The notes under the pieces: generated by a model
What the model saw: only the letters and a program-made list of their open reading frames with translations
Databases searched by the model: none
Told to the model about the DNA's origin: nothing
In this document: positions 24,666-37,969 of the stretch, piece after piece
Layout of the letters: every line of letters begins with the position of its first letter
Numbering within the stretch: the first letter of the stretch is position 1
NCBI RefSeq assembly: GCF_030028105.1
Contig: NC_092383.1
Coordinates: 85,889,921-85,953,920 of the forward strand
Source of the DNA: Mobula birostris
Taxonomy: Eukaryota
Reading direction: 5' to 3'
Length of the DNA: 64,000 nucleotides
Translations under genes and position numbers: made by a program

Positions 24666-25999
24666 TGCCTATCCAAACTTCTCTTAAACATTGTAATCAA
24701 GCTTGCGCGGACCTTTGTGCTGGCAGCTCATTCCACACTCTCATGACCCTCCGAGTGAAAAAGTTTCCCCTCATGTTCCCCTGAAACTTCTCGTTTTTCT
24801 CTTTTTAACCCATGACCTCTGCTTGTACTCCCACCCCCAACCTCAGTGGAAAAAGCCTGCTTGCAAATACATGTAATTATTATACAATTACATCCTTCCA
24901 CAAATTAATGTTTCCTAGGCAGGAACATTCTCTGCAAAGATTATCCTCACCACTGGTGCCAGACCAAGATGTGTCTTCAGCTCTGTTCTCTCCTGCCTAA
25001 ACACTCACTACTGTAGTTTGGATTCTGCTCCTTTCCTCCCCCAACTCTCCAGCCCTGTAGCAGGGCTTCCAGCTGGAAAACCTTTTGCCTCCATGGATAC
25101 TATTGGACCCATGCAGTGTGTCTGTCGTTCTACACCCCAATATTGCTGAATATGCTGTATTTATGAGTATTTTCTGTCTTTACATATCTGCACATACTTT
25201 TCCATTTCTGCTACAGAAAGGTTGCACTAAACCCAAAACACTGATCATTCGAATGAACAAGAAAATGGCAGATGTTGGAAATCTAATACATAAACAGAAC
25301 GTGCTGGGAAATTTGTGTATGTCAGGCAGAATCTCTGGGAGATGAAACAGGGTTATCGATTTAAGTCAAAGGGTGTCAGGTCTGAAATATTCACTGTTTC
25401 CATTTCCACAGTTGCAGCCTGACCTGCTGAGTATTTAGACCATAAGAAATAGGAGTAGAAGTGGGCCATTTGGCCCATCAATTCTGCTGCACCATTCAAT
25501 CATGGCTGAACCAATTCTTCCACTCATCCCCACTCCCCTGCCTTCTCCCCATACCCTTTAATGCCCTGGCTAATCAAGAACCAATCTATCTCTGCCTTAT
25601 ATGCACCCAATGACTTGGCCTCCACAGCCGCTTGTGGCAACAAATTCCACAGGTTTACCACCCTATGACTAAAATAATTTCTCTGCATTTCCAGCATTTT
25701 CCGGTCTCTGTAATGTCCCGTGCCTACTGTTGCCCACATTGCAGGCTTCCCCTCTCCAGCGGCCTCACAAGAGTTGCCAATCAGCATTGAACTCAGCATA
25801 GGACTGGAATAGGGACACCAGGCTCTGGATACTTCCCAAGCCTTACCCATGAGTGAGTGTAGCTGCAGGGCAGCAGAGGTTTGAGTTGTGGAGTCTTCCA
25901 GAGGAAGTGATTGAGGCAGGTACAAAGTACTATTTAAAAAACACTTGGATAGATACATGAAGGGGCAGAGCTCAGAGATATGTGGGCTGAATGTAGGAA

Positions 26000-26700
26000 A
26001 TCAGAATCAGAATCACATTTAATATCACTGCCCTATGTCATGAACTGGGTTGTTTTGCATCAGAGGTACATTGGTATACATAATAATACAAAACTGTAAA
26101 TTGCAAGAAGTATATATGAAGAAAATAAAATTAAATAAATAATGCAAAAAGAGAAAAAAAAATAGTGAGGTACTGTTTATGGGTTCATAGTCCATTCAGT
26201 AATCTGATGACAAAGGGGAAGAAGCTGCTTCTGAAACTTTGAGAGTTTGCCTTAAGGCTCCTGTACCTCCTCCTTGATGGTAGCAATGAGAAGTAGGCAT
26301 GTCCTAGGTAATGGGGGTCCTTAATGATGGATGCTGCCTTTTTGAGGCATTGCCTTTTGAAGGTGTCCTCAATGCTGAGGAGGCTGCTGCCCATGATGGA
26401 GTTGCTTTTGATTACAACATTCTGAAGATTTTTTGGATCCTGCGTTATGGCCCCTCCATACCAAATGGTGATGCAACCAATTAGAATACTCTCCACCATA
26501 CATCTGTAGAAATCTGTGAGTGTCATTGATGACATACCAAGTGTCCTCAAACTTCTAATGTCATGCCTCCTTTGTAATTGCATCAATATCTTGGGCCCAG
26601 GATAGATCTTCAGAAATGTTGGCACTGAGGAACTTGAAACTGCTCATCCTTTCCACTGCTGATCCCTCGCTGTGCACTGGTGTGTGTTCACTAGACTTCT
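26000..26700 (-). mobile_element. Rex1/Babar LINE 3' ORF fragment
   Basis: ORF 26185-26625 TLTDFYRCMVESIL..IWYG..FSLLPSRRRYRSL..SFFP. Confidence 0.8.
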
Positions 26701-26954
26701 CCTACCTGAAATGGGCCCTGCTGGGGGGTTCCTGTGGTCAGCATGGACAGGCTGGGCGGAAAGGCCTTTATCCACGCTGTGTTGCTCTGTAACTCTACGA
26801 GATCGTTGTGAGTGCTGAACTGAACCACATGGAAACTGAACGTGTGAGATACGAAAGAAATTTATTCAACACAGCAGATCTAGAGAACCTACTTCTGCTC
26901 TCTTCAAACATCAGTACAGTGATGTTTCATACTTTGTAAACAAAAAGACGACAA

Positions 26955-29310
26955 TACGAGGGGTGATTGATAAGTTCCCTGGCCTAAGGTAGGAGTCAAT
27001 TTTAGAAAACCTAGCACATTTTTTTTTTGTAATTTATTTTTTATTGAATTTCATCATCAAACATTTCCATAAGATGTATTTCAGATACTGTACATATATA
27101 TCATATAATCATAATTGTCACATATCTCCACATTATATTTATCTGAGGTATACACTTATAGAAAGGAGAGGAAAGAAAGAACAATTGAAAGAAGAAATCT
27201 ATGTACAAAGTAGGCAGTGATCTTTTTTTACAACATATTCATTGACTTGTGAGAATAAAATCAGGCCTATGAGGTGTTATGTAGTTAAACCATTTTTTCC
27301 AGTTTGAATAAAATTGTTCCAACTTATGATTAACAGATGCTGCTGTCTTCTCCATTTTGTAAATGTCCATCATAATTTCCATCCATACATTTAAAATTGG
27401 GCTCTCCTGTGATAACCATTTCCTTGTAAGTGTCTTTTTACTAGCCACCAGCAGTACATTCATTGAATATTTATCTCTTTTCCACTATTCTTGAGGTACA
27501 TACCCAAAATATATGGTCTTACTCTCCAAGAGTATTTCACATTTAAAGATGTCTTGTAGGGCATTATGTATTCCGCTTCAATAGTCTTTGATAATGGGGC
27601 ATTCCCAGAAAATATGATAATGGTTTGCATTTTGATTTCCACAATTTCTCCAGAAAACGGCGGGGCGGGGGGGGAGGTTACTATCATAATGGGATTTCTG
27701 AGAGGGTGTAATAAAATATCTTATCAAGTTTTTCCACCCGAACTCCCTCCATTTCTGTGAACTGGTAGACTTCCATTGATATCTCCATATTATTGTCCAG
27801 ACTTCCTCAGATATTATTATCCCTCCTTCCTTCTCCCATTTTGTTTTAATGTATGAAGTCAAATGTGTTTTAAGATTTGACACGCTTGAAATTATTTTAC
27901 TACCATTGTCTGAATTATATGCTTTTCTAAATAGCTCTATCAGACATGTACTTGCCTTGGTTACATTTTTAACCATCCTATTAACATGCTGTCACATCTG
28001 TAAATACCGGTAAAAGTCTTGTTTTTCTAATAAGTGTTTCTCTTTGAGCATTTCAAACTGAACAATGTTCCTTCTTTCATTACATTGCAAACAGCTTTTA
28101 TTCCTTTAGCTGTCCAGTCCTTAAATCTAGCATCCACTTTATTTGGCGTAAAATCCAAGTCATATGCACACCATTTAAGAATTGCAGTGTCTCTCTCTAG
28201 TTTATATTCTTTTATAATAGCTTTCCATATTTTAAGAGTCCATTTCACCCACTGGTTGTCAATATTATTTATGTAACTTTGTAGGTTGTTATCAGCCAAA
28301 ATTGTCTGTATGGGGATGGAAAGTATCCTCTCCTCAATGTTTTTCCATTGAGCGTTATATGATGGGTTGCACCAGCTCTCACCTCTCACCTGTGCTGCAA
28401 AATAGTAATCTCTACGAGAAGGTAGGCCTCATCCCCCCGCCCCCCTTTTCCTTGGCTAATTGCAAAGTTTTGAGACAAATCCTAGACCTTTTACCTTGCG
28501 ATATATACCTTGATAGCATCTTGTTCCATTCATTGAATTGATTTTGGTTAATCTTTATTGGTAGGGTCTGAAAGAGATATAGTAGTCTGGGCAGTATATT
28601 CATTTTTATAGATTCAATCCTTGAACTGAGACCAAGAAAAGGAATTGGGTTCCATGTTGATATATCTTCCTTAATTTTTTTTTTATATATAGGCTGATAA
28701 TTACATTCTGATAATTTTGCCAAATCTTTTGGCATAATGATGCCCAAATATTTGATAGACTCTGTTTGCCATGCCCAAGGATATCTACTTTCAATTTTTC
28801 TTGGTGGGCTATAGTTATATGAAAGTAGTTGTGTTTTATCTATGTTGATCTTTTATCAATTTAGGATTGCATCAATTTAGGTAAAGAGTATGTTGGTTGC
28901 CCTAGATAGATCAAAATGTCATCCACGTAACAGGCCAATTTATGCTCTGTCCCTTTAATAGTAATTCCCCTGATATCTTTATTTCGTCTGATGTATTGAG
29001 CTAATGGTTCTAGATATAATGCGAAGAGTAGTGGTGACCATGCGCAACCCTGTCTCGCGCCCCTTCGCACATTTATTTTTCAACATAGTTCCCTCCTACA
29101 TTTACATACTTCGTCCAGCAGTCGTGGAGCATATGGATCCCTTCTTTGTAGAACTCGGCGCCTTGGACCTCCAGAAAGTGGTCCACAGCAGGGGTGATTG
29201 ACAAACTCATGGCCTAAGGTAGAAGGAGATGAGTTATACAGCTCTTGTTACATGCATGTGCAGTTCAACTCTTTGAGCGATTATGCAGAAAGTTTGAAAT
29301 TAATAACTCA
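26955..29310. mobile_element. Non-autonomous mariner-like element split by an L1 insertion
   Basis: Starts tacgaggggtgattgataag. An uninterrupted copy lies at about 60360-60655. Continuity is broken at gcacattt (27015-22 and 29068-75). Confidence 0.65.
27023..29067 (-). mobile_element. 5'-truncated L1-clade LINE (RT to 3' end, frameshifted)
   Basis: ORFs 28861-29070 ([21 protein letters not shown]), 28412-28747 and 27578-27976. Poly-T at 27020-30 and gcacattt TSD. Confidence 0.9.
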
Positions 29311-29319
29311 TCTCCTTCT

Positions 29320-30170
29320 GCAACTCTCCAATCCTAGGGAACCTCTCCCATTCCCTTTGATGAGGCAAAAATCATTGCCAGAAGCTCAGCAGTCTCCTCC
29401 CTTGCCTCCCACAGTAGCCTGGGGTATATCTCCTCTGGTCCCAGTAGTTTATCCAACTTGATGCTTTCCAACAGCTCCAGTACATCCTCTTTCTTAATGT
29501 CTATATGCTCAAGTTTTTCAATCCGCTGTAAGTCATCCCTACAATTGCCAAGGTCCTATTCTATAGCGAATACTGAAGCAAAGTATTCATTAAGTACCTG
29601 TGCTGCCTCCTCCGGTTCCATACACGTTTTTCCACTGTCATACTTAATTGGTCCTATTCTTTCACGTCTTATCCTCTTGCTCTTCATATACTTGTAGAAT
29701 GCCTTGGGGTTTTCCTTAATCCTGCTCGCCAGGGACTTCTCATGGCCCCTTCTGGCTCTCCTAATTTCATTCTTAAGCTCCTTCCTGCTAGCCTTATAAT
29801 TTTCTAGATCTCCATCATTACCTAGTTTTTGGAACCTTTGGTAAGCTTTTCTTTTCTTCTTGACTAGATTATCAACAGCCTTTGTACACCACGGCTCCTG
29901 TACCCTATCATCCTTTCCCTGTCTCATTGGAACATACCTATGTAGAACGCCATGCAAATATCCCCCGAATATTTGCCACATTTCTGCTGTACATATCCCT
30001 GAGAACATTTGTTCCCAATTTATGCTTCCAAGTTCCTGTCTGATAGCTTCATGTTTTCTCTTACTCCATTTAAACATTTTCCTAAGTTGTCTGCTCCTAT
30101 CCCTCTTCAATGCTATGGTAAAGGAGATAGCATTGTGATCACTGTCTTCAAAATGCTCTCCCACTGAGTG
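29320..30170 (-). mobile_element. CR1 LINE ORF2 fragment (endonuclease-RT linker)
   Basis: ORF 29556-30182 (GEHFEDSDHNAISF..KENPKAFYKY). Confidence 0.85.
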
Positions 30171-31844
30171 ACCCACATGCACGAGGTGTTACATTTTGGG
30201 AGGTCAAATGCAATACAAAATTATGTTGTGACTGGCAGGACCCTTTGGAGCACTGATCTACAATGGGATTGTGGCATGCAAGTCCACAGCTCCCGAAAGT
30301 AACAATGCAAGTGAACAGGGCAGTAAAGGCAGTGTATGGCGTGCTTGCTACCATTGAGTATGAAAGTTGGGAAGTCATGTTGCAACTGTGTAAAACTTTA
30401 TCAACATTTGGAGTAATTGAGTGTAGTTTTGGTCTTCACACTGTAGAAATTATGTGGAGGCTTCGGAGCTGGTGCAATAGAGGTTAACCATGGTTTGGCC
30501 TGGATTAGTGTATAATAGCTATATGGAGAGCTTGGACAAGTTGGAGTGTCAGAGCCTGAGGGGTGAGCTAGTGGAAGAGTATAAAACTATGGAAGGTATA
30601 GATAGGGGAGATAGTCATGGTAAAAGTCTAAAATACCAAAGGACTTACATTTAGGCGAGCAGTAGAAAACTTTGAAGGAGATGTAGGAGGCATTTTTTGA
30701 TACACAGGGAGTATAAATAGCACCTGGAATGGTCTACCAAGGGACGTGGTGGAAGCAGATACAATAGCAACATTGAAATGGTATTTAAACAGACACATGG
30801 ACAGGTAAGAACATGTGTGGGCAGATGGGATTAGTTAGATTGGAATAATGGTCAGCACAGACAGGGTGAACCACAGGGCCTTTCCCTGTGTTATACCCTG
30901 TATGACCTATATTCTATATTCTTTGTTTCACTGAGATTGCCTCTAAGTTGAGAAAGTAGAATTCCAAGCAGTCTCATACAGCAATCTCTCATTATATAAC
31001 AGATTCAAATCCCCAAGAATTTTTCTGGGAAATCTTTGCTGTACTCAATCCATTGTAGGTGTATCCTTCCTTAGGTGGGAAGAACCAGACTTGTACAAAG
31101 TGGTCCAGATGCAGTTTTACCAAAACTCTATGTAATTAGGACAAGATAAATGCCTGAAAGAAATTATGATTGAAGAGGGGGTGGTGGGAGTGGGGTGTCA
31201 GGGTGGATATTGTAGAAGTCAGAATGAGGGACAAGAGCGTTTTGACATTTGTAGAAATGATCTAGCCTCCGAGAGGACTACAACCTTGCTGTGGTTTGTA
31301 GGTATGTGTGCCACAATGACCCCAAGAGCTATGTTGACTGGAGTCAAGGCATTATGCTTTGCCTCTTGATAGGGTCACCTATGTCAAACAGGTTAAAGTG
31401 TGGAGGACAGACTCACAGTGGTCCACTGGTCCTCCAGTTTTGGGGATCCAGCTCAGGGCTAAGAACACTGACTGGCGAAACAAAATTGTTACGGAAAGAG
31501 CAATGAAGTTTCCTTCTACATCTGAGTACGATGGTATTCCAGAGCCTCCAGCGGGACTTGCATGGCTGATGGCAGTGAAGACCATGGGGAGGCTACCGAC
31601 ATGATGAAGGAAGCCCTGAAAATCATGAGAGATGGAGGACCTTCATTGCTGCTCTAAATGCCAGCGGTATATTGGGCAGTAACATATCGATGATCCAGAC
31701 TCAGACCCTCATTGCCAGTTGGTTATACTTGCTGATGAAGGGGAACTGGAAAAGTGTTGGGGGTGGGGGAAGCGTGTGTGGAAGAAGCATTTCAGAATAA
31801 GCTTGACAAAGTTATTATGTGGCTAGATTAAAGCAGAAGAATTA

Positions 31845-32770
31845 CACTCAGTGGCCACTTTATTAGATACAACTATACACCAAATCGTTAATGCAAATAT
31901 CTGATCAGCCAATCAGCCAGTCAGCAACTCAATGCAAAAAATGCATTGCATAAAAGCATGCAGACATGGTCAAAAGATTCAGTTCTTGTTCAGATCAAAC
32001 ATTGGAATGTGGAAGAAATGTTACAGAACAAAAAACATCCAGTGAGCGGCAGTTCTGTGAGTGCAAAAGTTTGCTAATGAGAGAGGTCAGAGGTGTTGGA
32101 AACCACTGCTTTTTAAAATAACACTTTTATAGAAGATTTGTACTTTTCAACAACTCATGTATTTTTCACAGTATGTGGTGATTCATCACTACTCACTGGC
32201 ACTTATTGGCAGAAAGCGGTATAGCAGTTAAGCTAACGGTGTATCAGCTTTCTCATTTTTCATTGGGCTAAGTATTAGCACATTACCAACATGATGTAGT
32301 CTATAAATTAGTTTATCTTTATCTGAGAAATTTTCCTTAACTATAAAAGTGATGGGTATTTCAGAGGCACAATTTTCTTGTCTTTACATTCTTTGCTGTT
32401 CATTTACCTCTTTGCAATGTTTCTCCACTCTGTATTTAGTTTGCTGAGTATTTGTATGTGTGCTTGTACTTTAAAATAGGTGATCATTAGAATTAAGATT
32501 GCTCATCATTCCTGACCCCCAGAAGAACCCTAAGGATCAGAAAATAAACAGAGGTCCGATAGAGGACAATGGCCAGACTGGTTCAAGCTGACAGGACAAC
32601 AACAGTAACTTAAATAACCATGCGTTACAACAGTGGTATGCAGAAGTACATCTCTCAATGCACAGCACATCAAATGTTGAAATGGATGGGCTACAGCAGC
32701 AGAAGCCTACAAACATACATTCAGTGGCCACTTTATGAGGTACAGGAGGTACCTACTAAAGTGGTCACCA
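31845..32770. mobile_element. Tc1-like non-autonomous element with an internal LTR-like insertion (about 32095-32530)
   Basis: cactcagtggccactttattag start and a palindromic cagtggccactttatgaggtac..gtacctactaaagtggtcac end. Confidence 0.5.
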
Positions 32771-32888
32771 AATATATAATACAACAATAAGTCAAGGATG
32801 GAGAAATAAACAATGTAGATTGAAGTAAGCAATTTCCCTAAAAATCAACACAAGTTTCCTGTGCAGTACCAGGAGAGAAAGCTTTCTG

Positions 32889-33101
32889 TTAGGGGTTTGC
32901 GGGTTGGTTTTGAAATTTGATATCTGCATCGATAACGTTGTCCTCATCAGTAACGGAGTGTACTGCTCTTGATTACCTTTTATATTTCACGTCTGCATAC
33001 ACAATTCAATTTTCATTGTTAGCCAATTGGGCAGCTGCCTCAGCGTTTTGAACATGGTGTAGATCTGTATAAATGATATTTTCTTCCAACGTGGCTACTT
33101 C
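32889..33101 (-). pseudogene. Orphan ITIM-bearing cytoplasmic terminal exon of an inhibitory receptor
   Basis: Acceptor ttctttatttcag. Phase 0 reads EVATLEENIIYTDLHHVQNAEAAAQLANNEN*IVYADVKYKR*SRAVHSVTDEDNVIDADIKFQNQPANP*: two ITIM consensus motifs, a degenerate third, and 2 internal stops. Confidence 0.8.
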
Positions 33102-34312
33102 CTGAAATAAAGAATAAATTCACAATGTATCTATGACTGATGGATGTGAAAGGTTACAGGGAAAAGGCAGGAACATGAGATGAAAAGATAAACAAATCAG
33201 CCATGATTGAGGGGCAGAGCTCGAAGGGCCGGAAGTGCCTATTCTCTGCTGTAGCTCAATTTAAATCAATCTATAAATATAGGAATAAATATTGCCTGGA
33301 TTGGAGTGTATTAGCTGTGGGCAGAAGTTGGACAAACTCAGATTGTTTTTGCTGGAGTGTTGGAGAGATCTGTGAGAAGTCTAAAATGTTATAGAAGGTA
33401 TAGATAGGGAAGATAATAGGAATCTTTTTTCCAGGGTTGAAATATTAAATAATGGTATTAATAATAATAGTTTGAGGGTGATCGTGGGAAAGTTTAAAGG
33501 ACGTTTGCGAGACAAGTTTTGTTTTACACTGCGGGTGGTGACTGCGTGGAATGCACAGTCAGACCCGCTGGTGGAAACAGAGACAATAAGGTGCTTTTGG
33601 ACATGGACATGAAAAGAGAAGGTTTGGAGGGATCCGGACCACATGAATTAGCTTAGAATCACTTCATGGTCAGTGCAGACATGGTGGGTCATGGAGTCCA
33701 TTCTTGTGCTGGACTGTGTCCCAAGTTCTCTCTAATTCCATTGCCCTATTTCCCACCAGGAATCGGTCTGATGGCGAGTCTGGCTGCCGGGAAATGGATG
33801 GTCAGTGGGTGCTGGGGGGTGGAGTATTGGAGCACATTGATGGGGACAGATAAAAAGAGCACAGAATAAGGGACGGGGTGACTGATCCATGAAACAGGGA
33901 TGGGATGTGGAATAGTCTGCCCTGGGAGGACTGAACACAGTCTGTTTAGCGCTGAGAACTGATTCCCTTTTTATGATTTTCAAGTTATTTAGATCTTGAG
34001 TAACACTTGCTTCTCATCGACCTGTTATTGTTGGATTACTACTTTTCTGAATGTAAATCTTTGACATTTCATACAGTTCAAAGACAGGAAAATATGCTGA
34101 GTTTCCTACTGGAAATTGGTATCCAGTCAGTGGGTCAGACCCCACACTTAGTGAAAGAAACATGGCTGGAGTTTCCCGACTCCTGCCCACAGCCTGCAGT
34201 GCTCTGAATGGCTGTGGAGCTTCAGGATATCCATGCTGTCCTTACCTTTCCCAGAGAAAATATGAATCAGACACTTCAGTGGGGACATCAAGTCAATCAA
34301 AGAGAAACCTAC

Positions 34313-34627
34313 CGTCAGATACTTGTAGATGCACGTCATACACTGGATGATTGCCAGATGTTGTAATTCCACATCTGTAAAGTCCTGTATCATTAGAGAC
34401 AAGATTCTCCATAGTAACAGTAAATATTCCCTGGTATGTGTTATCTCTGATTGTCATTCCTCCATACTGCTCATTTGTCCCAATTGTATTCATTAACAAT
34501 GTGCATTGGCGATCCCACATGCGGCACAAATACTTTGTGTGTGAACGGTACATTGGTGCATAGTGACAATCGATTGTGATTGCTCTTCCCGCAACTCCTC
34601 TTACTTTATCTTCTGCCCATAAAGCAC
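34313..34627 (-). CDS. Ig V-type (CD300/pIgR-like) exon, intact
   Basis: 315 bp, phase 1-1, canonical splice sites. IDCHY..KYLCRMWDRQC..DTGLYRCG has both Ig Cys plus the CD300-type C-C' Cys pair. Confidence 0.92.
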
Positions 34628-35049
34628 CTGAAACTGAGGGAGAATTTTTTCAGAAAATGGATAGGTAAAATCAAATTCACTCAAGCAGATTCTAGATAGT
34701 TTAATGTCACTTCCAGGACCTAAGTGCAAAGGAGGACAAAATACTTGTTACTTTGGATAGAATGCTGCTCACAAAAATAAGCACAATTGATAAAGAACAC
34801 AATGTGAAAAGTTGTTTTATTTAAAGCTGTCACTGCATTCTAAGGAATCTACCCGCTGTCAATTGGTACAATTGAATTCCACATTAAACTTAGAAGACAA
34901 CAGCATTGTCCCTCATCACGTGCTCACAGCTCTTCATAAGTAATGATTTTTATTTGATTGGAGTCATCATTATCACTGCCTACTAATGTCTCGGTGTGTT
35001 TCTACATTTCTGAGTCAATAGATTACTGATCCAGTCCCATTCCAGGCAG

Positions 35050-35800
35050 GTGAGCATAAGATCAGTGGTGGGTAACTTACTGGAGGTGATTGTGTGAAAC
35101 AGGATCTACCTGAAATTGTAAAGGCTAGATCTGATTTTGGATTGTCAACATGGTTTTGTGCTTGAGAGATTGTGTCTCAAAAAAAATGGACTGAGTTTAT
35201 GTGAAGAGGTGACCAAAAGGACTGATGAGGACAGGGAGAGGGTTCAGAGAAGATTCACAAGAATGATTGCAGGAATGAAAGGGTTACTATATGAGGAACA
35301 TCTGGCAGCTCTTGGGCTGTATTCCCTGGAGTTCAGGAGAATGAGGAGGGATCTCATAGAAACATTCCGAATGTTAAAAGGCCTGAACAGATTAGGTATG
35401 GCAAAGTTATTTCCCATGGCAGAGCAGACTCGATGGGCCAAATGGCCTACTCTGCTCCTATATCTTACGGTCTTATGACAATAGAGGTTAGCACACGGAG
35501 ATCAGCAACGTCTTTGAGAAAGTTTCACATAGTAGACTGGTCTGTAATGTGGGATCACATGATAAGCCAGAAGGATGGATACTGAATAGGTTTGGTGGAA
35601 GGAGCAGATTGGTAGTGGAACGTTGTTTTTCTGACAACATCAGACTTCATCACCAGTTGCGTGTTGTCGGAATCAGCGTTCTTATTTATTAACCAGATAT
35701 TTATCATCTATATTGATAATTTGCAATTGTAATGTAGGTGGCATGATTAATAAATTGTGGGTGATATTGTAGTGCAGTGGAAACAGCAGAAGTTTACAAT
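35050..35800 (+). mobile_element. CR1 ORF2 fragments with a younger CR1 3' end nested at about 35230-35480
   Basis: SVVGNLLE..QHGFV reading. The older part is shared with 62400-62880 and partly 16690-17010; the nested piece is absent there. Confidence 0.7.
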
Positions 35801-36423
35801 AGGATCTAGAAAATAAACCGGTGTTCAGCCCCATTACTCTGTGCCAGCACGATCCCCCCACCTGAGCCCATCCTGTATGCCTGTATTTGACCCATCTCCC
35901 TCTCTTCTCAGTACTACCATCGAGAGGGAGGAGCAGGATCCTGGGTCCTATGCCAGGACCAGTGTCACCCTCCTCTGCACTGAACTGACTCTGCAGCTGT
36001 GGACTCAGTTTCGGGGACTCTGAGATCATGTTCCATGTATTATTTATTTACATATTTTTATTATTTGCATGATTGATCCTCTTTTGCACATTGGACATTT
36101 GTCAGCCTATGTTGTATGCTGTTTGTCATGGATTCTATTGTGTTATTTTGTTTTGTGGATGTCTGCTAGAAGATGAATCTCTAGGTTGTTTATAGTCATA
36201 GTCATACTTTATTGATCCTGGGGGATCACTTTGGGTTTGTTACATTTGTTTCAGGGGAAAGCAGTGCAGTATATTAGCCATGAATGTATATCTGCTTAAA
36301 TTCTGTACATTGGGATATAGTATGAGAGCTGACTCTGTTGCATCAGTCACTGCTGTCCTCTGTGTAATTTTCACCCTCAGCAAAAGATGTGGTTCGAACT
36401 TCTGTCTTCTTTATTTATCTTAC

Positions 36424-36499
36424 CAAAGAAGATACAGAGAAGTACCAGTAGATGCAATATATAAACAATTTGTTCCACCCTCTTCCTGCATTGCCCCAT
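36424..36499 (-). CDS. Signal-peptide (leader) exon MGQCRKRVEQIVYILHLLVLLCIFF(G)
   Basis: ATG in gcgATGg context, basic n-region plus hydrophobic h-region, gtaaga donor. Phase 1 gives ..CIFFG-ALWA-EDKV with the V exon 1.8 kb downstream. Confidence 0.75.
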
Positions 36500-37969
36500 C
36501 GCTTCTTGGAAAACTTCTCAACAACCATGGTGCAATATGCTGATGAGAACAAGTGCAGAGATGCAAAATATCTTCAAATAGCCATTTTTGTTTCAGCAAG
36601 ATCACTGAACAACAATAACAATTCCATGAAGTAAAGGCCTTTTGACCTTTGTGTTTAAAATTAATCCCAATTCTGTGCACAGCTGTAAATGCAACTATGG
36701 GATCATAAAATGTTTTCCAGTCGGTTTTTGGAAAGTTATCAAAGAACTGAGGCTTTATAAGGTATTGGTCAGACTGCACTTGGAATATGTTGAACAGTTT
36801 AGGAAACCCTAGCTATGAAAGCATGTGCTGTATTTGGAGAGGGTCCAGAGGAGATTCATGGGAATGGTCCCAGGAATGAGAAAGGTTAACACATGAGGAG
36901 CATTTGGTGACTCTGGGCCTGTACTTGCTGGAGTTTAGAAGAATGAGGGGGAAATTTTATTGAAACCTCTTGAATAGTGAAAGGCCTGGATGGAGTGTAT
37001 GTGGAGACGATGTTTCTTATCATGGGGGAGTCTCGGACCAGAAGGCACAGCTACAATACAATGACATCCCTTTTGAACAGAGATGAGAAGGAATTTCTTC
37101 AGTCAGAGTGGTGAATCTGTGGAATTCATTGAAAAAGAAGGCTGTGGAGGCTACGTCATTGTGAATATTTAAAGTGGATGTTGGTGGTTCTTGACTAGTA
37201 AGGGTGTCGAAGGTTATGTGAAGAATGGGGCTGAGGTGGATAATAAATCAGCCATTATAGAATGGTGGCACAGATTGATGGGCTGAATGGCCTAATTATG
37301 TTCCTGCAATATCGTCTTCTGGTCTTATGGTCTTAAGTGATGGAACAATGCAGGCAGATGTTGGAACAATTTGTTTACATGAGGTATCCATTGGTACTTC
37401 CTTAAATTCTGTTTTGTAAGTCAAGTAAAGAGCACAGAAGTTCTCAGCATATCCACTGAGAATTGCTTTGGGATGTCCTCAGAAAGGGAAAGAGCCCCTT
37501 TCAGAATCAGAATCAGGTTTGTTTTCACTGTCTTCCGATGTAAAATTCCCTGTTTTCCAGCAGAAAAAAAAAACGAGCAAGTTCATTCCCTCAGACTATT
37601 AATAAATTTGGGTTTAAAAGGACCAGATTCACAAGTGGGACCACTGTAAATGAAATTATCTCGGGCTAATCAAATCCCATCAGATAACCCTGACCTGTAG
37701 AGGTCAAGAGCTCCTAACAGACGCTAGTGTTTTTGCTTCACATCCTCACACAGCAGGTGAAGACTATTGTGCCATATTCCTCCTTGTCATTGAGGCATTT
37801 CAAAGTTTAAAATTCAAATTAAATTTATTATCAGAGTACATATATGTCACCATATACTACCCTGATTGTAGTTACAATAATGAAGTTCACCTTCTGTTTT
37901 GTTTCCAAGACATTTTATTCTATGTATGTACATTTATGGGTTACAGGCACATGTTAGTACTGAGAAAAG

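Noticed and set aside
35078-35130. Exon-like segment (tttcag..gtaagt), also at about 62425-62480, considered as a leader
   Set aside because: The plus strand reads SVVGNLLE..QHGFV, which is CR1 RT sequence. It is not hydrophobic and has a TAG in the required frame of the 35 kb copy.
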